A DNA stretch of 64,000 nucleotides from Antedon mediterranea (Eukaryota > Animalia > Echinodermata): NCBI RefSeq assembly GCF_964355755.1, contig NC_092675.1, positions 22,416,912 to 22,480,911 of the forward strand. The letters are read 5' to 3'. A program made the translations under genes and the position numbers. Every line of letters starts with the position of its first letter. Position 1 is the stretch's first letter. Below the pieces are notes generated by a model, which was not told the origin of the DNA, made no database searches, and worked only from the letters and a program-made list of their open reading frames with translations. Shown here piece by piece: positions 37,561-48,667 of this stretch.

Positions 37561-37739
37561 TCTAAGCAGGCAATATCTGTATAATATTAGCACCCTCTAT
37601 AGTTTGGGGATTTTTTACTACTGTATCAGAAATTGAGCATTTGGCTTGGCACACTATGATGATTTTGGTGCATCTCTGTGGCAGTGGTATACAATACAAT
37701 ATGTACAAAATTGACTTACATATTATTTGATGATTTAAA

Positions 37740-39908
37740 TTAACTTCTAACAGCTTGGTCCATTGCTTCATGGACCTCTACTGCTATTTGTGCTTCTGCT
37801 TTTTCCACGTCAGTTGATGCTGAACCTAACTCTTGCTGGGCTTTTGTTAGGCCTTCCTTTACAGCCTAGTAAACAACCACAATAACATTGCAACAACAAT
37901 TTACATATACTGTATTCAATACGATGTTCAGAAACAGAGATAGGAATAGGAGAGACATTTATACATGCACATGAATGTTTCTGCCTTTTGTGAAGTCAGT
38001 GATGGGACATCAGATCACATAATTTGGTCATCAACAAAGTCTAGATAGCGACCCAAGTATAGAGGCCATGATTTCAAACCTGCGTATCCGATTGGCCGAT
38101 GGGCTACCACATATCTTTGTCTCTCTGTTTGAGCTATGATTATATTAGAGTTTACTCTTTAGTTAACCAGGAATCTGTGTACTGTTTACAACATATCAGA
38201 GGGCAGTTTACCTGAGGGTCTAGTTCTTCTAATGGAACAGCTACTTCAGCCAGTACTTGGACTGAGGAGTCTGCATGAATTGTTACTGATCCACTGCTAA
38301 CTGCAATACAAATTAAAGAAGGAAATAGTATGCCAAGCCCCAGATAAATATAAAATTGGGTGTTGGTTTGAGGAAAGAGCCCAGTCATGCTCTGCAAAAT
38401 GTTTGGGATTTGCACAGTGATATTCATGTCAAATCTCTGTGCAGTATCACTAAATGAAATCAACTGAAATAGATTTATTGTATACGATAATGTATATTGC
38501 TTACCAAAATATTTAGTAATGTCACCATTTTCTTCATGAACTGAGAGAAGACCTGGTTTTAAAACTGCAAGAGCTGGAACATGCTGAGCTAAGATCCCAA
38601 AGCTGCCTGTTGCTGAGGGTACATCAACTTGTTTCACATTTTCTGCCTTATAGAAAATCTGCAGTATATAAACAGAATGAGTTTTATAGTAAAACAAAAT
38701 GGTTATTTCCCAATGCATTTTCTATTAAAAAAGGCATTATAGTATGGATGTCGACGACAATGATCATATCTGTCACAGTGGAAAAAATGTTCAAATACTT
38801 GAAGGCTGTCAGCCCAGGGTTACCATTTACTCCATGGTGTTACCAATTGATGAGTTTATACAAATCCAAATTGACAGAAAAAAAAGGTTTCCAACTTAGT
38901 ACAATTACAGTAAACTGCAATAGCTCAGCGAATAATAAAGCTAACATGATGATTTAAAGACTGATATTGTATCTCTGTTAATACACATTCCAATATGGAA
39001 TATTAAAAGTCATAAACATTATAGTACAGCATATTAATTATTGATTTTTACTGTATTTAAAATACTACAGGCATTGACCATTATATAAAATACCAAACTG
39101 AACTATCGCCGGTGCTGCTCGTTTCAATCTTCTATTATTTATTAGCTAGTTTATAATTATTAGTATTACTATTAGAAGTTCTATTTTTATATTTTAGGGA
39201 TAATGATGTATATTCAAAAGTTAATAAATGTAACGGTTTGTAGGCCTAGTAATGTAGCCTATATACTATATAGGCCTAGGCCTACTCTTAATTAGTCTTA
39301 AAGAAACAACAATTATGAAAATCTGACTTGTATTGTAGGCTAGAGTAGTACTAAGCCTGGCTAGTTAGGCCTAGTACTAGAGTAGCCTATAAATATGCCT
39401 AGCTAGGTAGGCCCTACACTACTACTTATACTAGCCTACCTCTAGGCTAGGCCTAATAATAATTAATTAAAACATGGAGGTTACTCCATGATTAAAATTA
39501 AGATAGGCCTATTTCAAATGGGACTTTTCGGCCAAAAAGTAGGCCAAACATCCTGGACCAAAACTTCCCGGGATGAAACGTTCTTAATTTGATAGGCTTA
39601 ACTACAAAACAAACGGTACCGACTGTAGTTATTTAGGGAGGACTAGGCTAGACCTCCTCGCCTCGTTCGGAAACCCGGCATCCTCGCCTCGCTCGGCAAC
39701 CCGGCCTCCACCCGCTCTAGGCCTAGGCCCTAGATAGTAAGTAAGGGCCTACCTTTGAAGGACAGCCGAATGTAAAAGCCATTTGCCCGGCAGGTATAGC
39801 AGTTTCAGTAGCCTCCTGTGCATATCTTCTTATTATTTGATGACGTGAAGCATTGGTAAATTGCCTAACAATACACGAAACCCGGCTGAAATTGCAAAGA
39901 AAAGCCAT
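37740..39908 (-). CDS. ATP5F1D: Mitochondrial ATP synthase F1 subunit delta (about 174 aa)
   Basis: Exons 39908-39753, 38658-38505, 38300-38212 and 37865-37740. Arg-rich presequence; hallmark motifs VKQVDVPSATGSFGILAQHVPALAVLKPG, KYFVSSGSVTIHADSSVQVLAE and KAEAQIAVE. Confidence 0.97.
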
Positions 39909-41058
39909 TTTTTTGGAACTTTTTTTATCTCACGCCGTACCGCCGATCGCTGACAATAAAAATGGCTGCTCGACTTTGGAAACACGCCCTCTATCATAAT
40001 ACATATGGAACGCCGACGATAAACATAATTATTATTCCCGTATATTCGAATAAACTCCCCCTACTATACTATTGTTCACACTGAGAGGAGATGTTTTCCG
40101 AGGTCGTCAATCAATTAATTCAACTACAAGTAGAATACAATATTATTGTGTATATAGCCTATGCATGTTTATTCGAGGAAGTAAATAAAGGTCCCGGTGC
40201 GTTTATTCCAAAGATGTTTTATGGGGGAGTTTATTCGAGGGGGAATTTATTCAAAGCAGGGCGTTTAATCGAATAAATTACGGTTTTATCAGGAAAGATG
40301 TTTGAATATTTTAAAGTAGGCCTAGTCTTCCGATGTTCACTAGTCAACAGATTCAATGCAAGACTGCTTAATAGCCTTGGACTAGTAGTCTAGAACCCAA
40401 ATAAAATGCTTTTCTTGAAATTAGCAACCAATTAATGAAAGTATCAGACAGTATCACAAGTTATAGTCATCGAAAAAAAAAAGAGATGAAATAATCAAAT
40501 TAACTTAATCACGGTCCATATTATTACTTTTTAAATCAAATTAAACGTTGTCAATTGCGTATCAAAAGTCAATTCTAAACCGCCCAGTAATATACTGAAA
40601 TTAATTAATCTGAAACGACAAAAATGAGGAAATCTGAGACTGAGAACCAACCCCTAAGATTCGAACTAAACCTTTTGCTTGATGCTGATGTCCTAACCAA
40701 TTAGATCAGCACTGTATTAATTCACAAACCGGGATATCCAAAGAGATACTGTACTTACAAACACCAGAGGCACAGAACATTAACGGGATATACTGAAAAT
40801 CGATTGATTAATTAACTGATTATGAAACGATAAAGATGGGGAAATCTTTGAAAATGAGAAATCTTAGAGACCACTCTTTAAGAAGAGAAAATTGTAAATG
40901 GTTAGAAGACCGAAAGTAGATCGTATTCTGACAAGAAACGCACTATTGATAAGAAGGTTGTAGGTCTAAATCAGTAAACAAATAATTATGGAAAGGCACA
41001 GCTTTGTTACCGCACCACAAATAGCAGAGGTTTCTCTATTTTATTCAAACCAACCTTT

Positions 41059-41600
41059 ATGTTAAAAACATCAAGTGAAAATTTAGAGATAGTGACGGTA
41101 AAATTATTATGCTTAGTGTACAATATTTTAACTAAAACACTTAATTTAGTTAATTTTTCTGTGTGTCTCAAATACCATATGAACGGTGATGTAAAAGAAA
41201 GCAAATCATTATTATGTCACTTTCTTAATCCTCAGATCGGATTCGCGATCGAGAAAACGTACTCCGACACATTACAATGTAGAGAGACTCAAATTCTTCG
41301 TTCCTGTACATTACCCTTATATATTTTTCCACGATCATAAAAACAATATATGTTTAGCCATTCTCAATTTATTTATAGAATTAGTTCTTTATAATCTTCT
41401 GTTTAATTAGAGCTATTGATAAGCCGCTTTTCCATAGAAATTCTAAAGTAACCTATCTTTATCTACTTTCTGTGAGTTTGTGCAGCGTAATTGTGTCTAT
41501 GTTTTGCAATATCAGCTTATTTATCAAACAATAGTTTAGGTTTGTTATTAATTGCTTTTCTTATGACTTTACATAACTATGACAAACAACAGAAAGACTT
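41059..41600 (+). pseudogene. Possible degenerate upstream exons of the ZYG11-like gene
   Basis: Fragments ETQILRS (about 41284), LYNLL/LIRAIDKP/SIEILK (about 41387-41448, needing frameshifts) and LIAFLMTLHNYD (about 41548) resemble, in order, recalled ZYG11B segments ETQIAEAL, LFHLFSLTHVMEKTKPEILK and LVVTGMRNHP. Weak, by-eye homology. Confidence 0.35.
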
Positions 41601-42341
41601 ACGACGACCTTTGATCATGGGGCCTCTACCGCTTTGATCAAAATGTACAATCTCTTTTACAGATATCACGCAGCTCTATAATGTTCCTAAGAACAACCGG
41701 TTTTAATAGATGCGATATGATGTATAAATTTCCAAGAGCCAATCACCACGTACACTACAATTAATATTTGAAAAACCGCTTCATTTATAGGTAGGGCCTA
41801 TTTGTATTTAGCTGTTTTCTTCTATTTTCCTATTAGATATAAACTAGAAAATGTTTTCATGCATTTTAAACACATATTGAATTGAAGACCAGCAGTGCAC
41901 AAAGATATGCATGATAAAAAAAACATTATGTAATAGTCTAATAGATTAACGGAACTTTGAGATTTTCTGGACCAAATACAATAAAATGATATACAAATTG
42001 AATGTTCTAATAATATTCTCAAAAACTTAAAACGTCGTACGTTCGTTGCTGATAATAACATGGTTTCTAATATATTGTTTGTTCGATTGACATCAGTACT
42101 TTATCATAGCCTGTCAGATCGTTTTATACCATTGATCCTTTGTTCGTTAGATAACAAAGTTTAAAATAAAATTGTCAGGTGATTGGTTGTGACTCGGATA
42201 AGCATATGATCTTCTATTGGTTATTTAGTGTTGAGACGCCCCTTTCCTGAGTTCCTATAAGGAAGTTACTAACATTACAGAACAAGAAAATCAGTTTTAT
42301 CCATATTTCACCAGGAAGCCCGAATTGCACTCACAGCCGTA

Positions 42342-43088
42342 ATGGGTGACATGTTTAAAGACTTTCTTTACGAATTCAGTAATGCTTTTCCTGGAAATAA
42401 ACAACTGGAATTGAGGTTTCTTCTACAAGACTATTTACCGTTAGGTGAATTAAGTCGAGAAAACCCGGGAATGAGATTATTTAATGAATTAAAAAACGGA
42501 GGTCATATCTTCAACGATAATGTTAACATATTGTCAGAAATTGCAAACCTGACAAACAATGTCTCTGCAAAAGACAGTGTCAAAAATTACCAAAAAAAAT
42601 CAGGTATACAAAATAAGAGTGGTGCCGCAAGTTTGTCTTCGTATCGTCAAAAACTTTACAAAGCAATTATCAATATCACGGAACATGACACTGGAAACTT
42701 AATCGCGTTCTACGATTTGGATCATCATCGCTTTGGCAATAAATGGGCTGTAGTATTTCATTTGGAGAAAGAAAAAAAGTTAGACAACAAACAACCGGAA
42801 TTGAAGACGTTTGCCACAAAGTTGAATGAAAGGGCTAAACGTATATTGTTGGGCCCAGAAACTGATGATGGAAGTGGATCCCAACAATGTGCCGGTGGAA
42901 GAGCCCATAGGTCTTCAACAAAAACATCAACAAAAACAACAGCACATCAAAAACAAGTTGCTACTGGTAGAAGAGCTGGAGCAAAGAGAAGACCTGCAAA
43001 AAACACGGCAGATGACTCTAATTTTCTCAAAATGGTAGTAGGCGCAGGGATTGGTATCGTCAATACCGTGGTACGATTTCTTGAATAG
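42342..43088 (+). CDS. Intronless tandem death-effector-domain (DED)-like protein, 248 aa
   Basis: Longest non-repetitive ORF in the window. The N-terminal ~85 aa fit the DED pattern (FKDFLYEFS...LELRFLLQDYLP..EL....GMRLFNELK..GHI..DNVNILSEI...VKNYQ). A second, weaker DED-like unit follows (SYRQKLYKAIINITEHD...LEKEKKL), then a basic linker and a hydrophobic C-terminus. TATAA at 42256, reverse CCAAT at 42182 and 42216, AATAAA at 43110. Confidence 0.7.
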   Translation: MGDMFKDFLYEFSNAFPGNKQLELRFLLQDYLPLGELSRENPGMRLFNELKNGGHIFNDNVNILSEIANLTNNVSAKDSVKNYQKKSGIQNKSGAASLSSYRQKLYKAIINITEHDTGNLIAFYDLDHHRFGNKWAVVFHLEKEKKLDNKQPELKTFATKLNERAKRILLGPETDDGSGSQQCAGGRAHRSSTKTSTKTTAHQKQVATGRRAGAKRRPAKNTADDSNFLKMVVGAGIGIVNTVVRFLE

Positions 43089-43679
43089 TGTGCTTACACA
43101 CATAAAACAAATAAAAACATACAATGCTTTGTTTAAAAAAATTCTCTAATATGCTTTATACAAACTGATATTAGGTTGATTGAGATTTTTCAGAAATACT
43201 AATTCATAATACTAACTCTATTTTGCCAATTATACATGGACAGATATAAAGTTCAATACCTTAACAAGATGCTAAACACCTATGGTCAAAATAGAAAAAT
43301 ATAAAAAAATAATAAAATACAATCTGAAATCATCAATACCAATATCTACAAGAAATTTACAAACTTTTCAAACATTGAAACAGTAATTTAAAAATAAACA
43401 ATAACTTTTGAAATAATTAGGTATTTTTAGGGAAGATTGAGCTTACTCTTAAACGAACCTATATAGGCCTAGATTAAAATTGAGTAAAATGTGAAACCCA
43501 AGATTCAAATGAGGATGAAAAGTAGATTAATACGGTATTCAATTAAACTACGAAATAAACTATAAATAATAAAATAGACATGAAAATGTCAGAAATTACC
43601 AGAGTTTGTGATAAGCAAGAATGAAATCGTTGATTGTAAATGTTCATCTTAATTTTAGTAGAAAATGAATTATGGATTT

Positions 43680-43862
43680 TTAGTCGCGTGGGCGCGACTC
43701 AATAGTTCACTATGTCGGTCGGTCGGTCTGTCGATCTGTCTGTCGGTCCGGTATCACTATGCGTTTTATCGCTTTTCTGTACTTTTTGAACTGTTTTGAT
43801 GTACATTATTTTTTTAAATTTTTTTCTGAGAGCACGCGACTTATGGCTGTTGGCCTTGTTTT
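43680..43862 (-). mobile_element. HINE-like element copy
   Basis: Reverse-complement copy of the 12214 family. Confidence 0.75.
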
Positions 43863-43959
43863 TTAACAAACCAATTGGAAACCTACGGTAAAAGTTAGCT
43901 TTACGGTTTCGTTTATTCGGATTGTTTTGTTGACAAATAAATTTAAATTGTATTTTTAG

Positions 43960-46900
43960 TGCTTGTCTGCGCAATCTAACTAAAGGCAATCTAGGAGAGG
44001 GTGTTGATCTATCCATTTTGAAATCAATGATTGAACTTATTTTGGAAGCAATGAGCAACTTCTCAAGAGATGGAGAGGTAATGTAAAATGTATACAATAA
44101 TAACATGCATACTAATATACATAATATAATAGATACCTAATTACACTAATAGTTAAAATAATATTGGTTATCAGTAAAACTCATGTATACATGAGTGACT
44201 TCATCTTACAAAATATAGCAGTTTGGTAGTGTAGGTACAGAGTTTTTTTTATTATTGTAATAAGCCTAAACTATGATTAATGTGGTAGCCTACAGTAATT
44301 TTTTTACCGCATACCTTTTGTATTTTGTTATTATATTAGCTGTACTCTTGTTTTACTTTAGCTTCAGGCGAATGCAATTCGAACGATACGAAATGAGCGA
44401 ATAATCCAGGAAGTGGTAAGTAGGCCTAAACAAATCTATTTGTAATATTCTCTCTCTCTCAAAAATGGTGATAATCAAAAAACAGTATAAGTGTGGCATA
44501 ACAGCTTGTTCAATTAACTTTTAGCACAATTATTCACACTCAAAATGTTTCCTTCTTAGGCCTACTATGTCAGAAACTGATTTGTTTTTCTTACGGTTAA
44601 AAGGATATTTTTTTTTTTGGCTTGTAGGATTTTGATTATTTCCAGGCTTGTAGAATGGTGATAAAAACTCTGTTTGTATTTGAAGACCAGCCAATGATTC
44701 TCAGGAGAATATCACTCTGCGCAACCTTAATTAACAAGATGCCAATTAAACAAGTATCTGAACTTTGTACAAAGAAGAATGTTCAGGTATCAATAATAAT
44801 AAAATAATAATATGATGAAAATAATGACAATAATAATACTAATCATAATAATGGTAATAGTAACAGTAACTAAACAATAATACGAGTGCAGTGTTGGAAT
44901 AATTATAATTCAGGACATTCTGGAAGTCTATCGTGTGAACAAACAAATTTACAAAACATGCCAACATCCCCTTTTGCTAGAGCATTTCAAAATTACTGGA
45001 AAAAAATTAGAAAAACAATTGTCCAACCATTATTTTATTAACAGGCACCACATAGCAACTGTTAATGGACTGGACTTTCACCTGACTTGGCCATTGAACT
45101 ACAGTAGGGCCTACTGTTTTTCGGAACTGGATGACAGTGTCATTAAAGGGGACAAATGAGTTATATAACACATGACAAATATAAGATATCATTTGGGCTT
45201 TTTTGTTATCTATGTTTTTATTTTATTTACGTGTGTTTGATTTGATTCTTTCAACCATGATAAAACACGCTATGTATGTTTTCTCATAAGAAATTACTTC
45301 AGATTCTAAAGCAGAAATCAGATAATATTGATATAGTGGATTCTACACTAATCGTCATCATTAATCTGTCTAATGAGTCATCGTCAGTATGCGAGATATT
45401 TGTCAACGAAGGTGGACTTGAACTTTTTATCGAAATATTACAGGTTAGAACAGTTTAAAAGTTGTATTCTATAAATGGCAGCAAACAGGTTTCAATTCGA
45501 CACTGGAACCATTATAGTTATTTGTCCTAGTACTCGCATTTTTAACAAGAATATATTTATTCCATTAATCAGATGAGCTAGAAACAATTATAAACAACAA
45601 TATTATCTTTCAGTCCTTTCCGAATGCATCGATACGTCGTTACGTTCTGAACCTGTTTGTAAGTATGCTACTATTTAACAAGGCCAACAGCCATAAGTCG
45701 CGTGCTAAAACGCATAGTGATACTTGACCGACAGACAGACAGACCGACAGAACGACCGACATAGTGAACTATAGAGTCGCGTCCACGCGGCTAAAAACCG
45801 ATTCTCAGTGACAAATTTACTGCTCCAGTTATCTTATCAGTCATTTTGACGTAAAAGAGGGGATAATGTTAATACTACACGCGAAGCATTATGTACAAAT
45901 AGCTTGCCTTTAGAATGTTTTGGAATTTTTTTTCAGTTTTCCGGTTTAAAAGAGTGGTTTATATTCATTAGGTATAATGACACAATGAAAAAACATTTTT
46001 TTTCCATAGAGGTATATTGCAAAAGTGGAGCATCTACGCCATGTCTTACTACGCGAAGACATAATTGAACATTGCAGGTTAGCTCAATTTTTACTAACTT
46101 ATTAGATTATATTTTATTTTATTTTTATTTTATTTAATTTGACTCAATCAAAACCAACAGCGATAAATACCGCCACTAACAGGTTTGAAACATAAAACAA
46201 TACATAAAAAACGGTTTGCCCCAATTTTAATACTTCAAGCAGTAACATTCCGTTTCGTTTTTTTTAATGCCTTCAAGAGCAATTCGCTAGAATTTAGGTA
46301 TGATTGGCGAATCAAAAATACTTTTGATATGAATGATTCTATAAATAATATAATATGATATAAAATATGATTTTTTTTAGGAGGTTACTACTTGATAGTG
46401 AATTTAAAGTCAGTTACGCTGCAGCGGGAACTCTATCTCATCTAGCTCTAGAACGTAATTGGGGGTCTTGCAAACAACGTATTGACATCCTCAGTTCCTT
46501 GGTGAGTCGTTCCTTCATTTATTGTTTATTTTCCTGTCCTACTCAAAATATCATTTATCACCGTTTTTGTTATTGCCAAAAGCAGTGTAAACCCTTACCT
46601 TTTACAATTTGCAAAAAATTGAAACTAATGCCATTTTTTTCTCTGTAAAGGCCCATTCACACTAGGACGATAATGATTGACGATAAATAGACAAACTATG
46701 CATTTTTTATACATAAAACAAAAGAAATACAAACACTTTTCATTCTAGAACTATAAAATAACTATCTGTGCTTCCTTTGATGAAAATTATATTTTCACAC
46801 GTCCAATCAAATGACGTCATGATTTGAAAGAGCAAAAATATCGTGACAAATACAACGATTTTATTGTTTTTATTTATCATGACGTCATTTGATTGGAATT

Positions 46901-47606
46901 TTAACAATATTATTTTTATCAAAGACAGCATAAATGATTATCCTATAGTTCTAGAACGAAAACATTTCTAATTTCTTTTGTTTTATGTAAAACAAATGCA
47001 TGCTTATATATTTATCGTCGATCGTTTTCGTCCTAGTATAAATGGGCCTTAACTCGTCTTTATAACGTAGTGGAAAGAACAAGAACAAAAGACAACAATC
47101 CAGCATATTTATAATTTCCTTTATAGCATTCTAAGGTACTTTCCTGGAAAAATCCAGGAAGGGTAATACGCTACCGGACATTTAGTTCGTTGTTTCCATT
47201 GCTTGAACTATGTGATAAACCAGGAGTACAGCTATGGGTAGTGTGGACACTGCACTATGTTTGCACAGAAAATCCAAGTAAGCAAAATCTGTGTGTTTGA
47301 GGAATAAAGACAATTCATTTAGTGATACTAGCAAAACATATTTCAATGTATAGGCCTATATATGTATTTAAACATTTAGTACATGATGACATCGAGAGCA
47401 TTGTTTAATTAATAACTGTGGAATAATGTTTCTGCGAACCCTTTACATTTTAAGGCTTAAAACTACACAAAGAAGCATCAGACAACTGCTCTATGCTGCA
47501 GGAGGAAGGTGGGGTTGACATACTTCTACATTTACTCAGTTCACCTGAAGTTCACCCTGATGTTAATGCTTTGGCCCATAAAGTTCTACAAATACTACTT
47601 GACTAA
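43960..47606 (+). CDS. ZYG11/ZER1-family protein, C-terminal ARM-repeat region (about 339 aa open; 5' end not resolved)
   Basis: Nine GT-AG exons join in frame: 43960-44077, 44362-44415, 44628-44786, 45291-45443, 45614-45658, 46010-46077, 46381-46501, 47127-47277 and 47455-47606. Motifs ACLRNLTK, RIIQEV, GGLELF, VSYAAAG.L.HL, YRTFSSLFPLL, PGVQLWVVW and CSMLQEEGG are colinear with my recollection of ZYG11B. The first exon starts at a splice acceptor, so upstream exons are needed. Confidence 0.88.
45677..45796 (+). mobile_element. HINE-like element copy
   Basis: Compact full-length copy of the 12214 family. Confidence 0.75.
46649..47049. mobile_element. Harbinger-type foldback MITE in a ZYG11-like intron
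   Basis: AGGCCCATT(C/T)A(C/T)ACTAGGACGA inverted ends, TAA target duplication, palindromic over most of its length. Confidence 0.85.
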
Positions 47607-48667
47607 TCCTTCAACAGCCTCGAAGAGCCGCATAGATTATCAATGAGTCTAGTTCATCAGCTAATAGAGCTTGACAGAGAGTTGCGCTCATACTCTAGTC
47701 GAGTTTGAATTTATTTTTTTGAGTTAAATTTTGATTTCGTTTTACCAACCAAATCCAGACAGAAATGTCCGTTGTTCCAATAAATTTATAATACATGTAT
47801 TTAAAATTTTTATTAGAAATACAAAAATAAAATTAATCTTTAAAATGTCTACAGTACTAATATTGCTCGGTATTTTTGGTTAAAAATATCGTATTTTGAA
47901 ACTGGTCGTCCCTTCATTATAAAGTAGTGATGAAGAAGATAGAAAAGGCTTGTACGATGTTTGTGCATTGTATTTTTTAAAACTGTATAGTTTGAGTAAA
48001 GCGGTACTGATTTATCTTAGTGTTACTAGTGGTTGTTGAAAATACAAGTTACTGCTGCGCTGATTTTATTTGTTATTTTATGTATGTATCATGAAGTTTT
48101 TGTTATTTTGTTTAAAAATACTAATACAGTGTAGTAATCATACTTTTTCTTATCATTAGAAATCTATTAAACACCTTTGGAAGCATTAAACAACTATTGA
48201 AACGTTAATATTTGAAAATCATTTTTTTACTATAGAAGTCACAGAAAAACAATTGAGTTATATATTATACTAAACACAACACAACAATTATGTATGACTG
48301 TAGGATATTAGTACATGTAGATACCGTCAGAAGTCAATACCAAATGTAATTTTATTTGATTACTTTAATAACGCCTACAGAGGGCAGCAGTTACATGTAA
48401 ACAGAGTACAGTAATTATTGCAAGTTTACTGTACAGTATAGTGTTCAGAATGTCAAATATTTTAAATAGTAATATCCTGTAATACATAGATATTAAATAT
48501 TTTATTTTGATTTTTATATCATATTATAGTTTTTCTTTCTCAGTCCTGTGTGTTCGCATCTATTCAGGTTTTCTTTAAATTCATTTAATTAGACATTTTT
48601 AAAACAGTGCTAACACAACTCATTTAAACCACAATTCAAATCCGTATTCATATCTTTGAAGCTTTTG

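Noticed and set aside
38152-38718. 188-aa ORF read as a single-exon ATP synthase delta
   Set aside because: It spans two real exons plus a stop-free 204-nt intron; the spliced model matches the family better.
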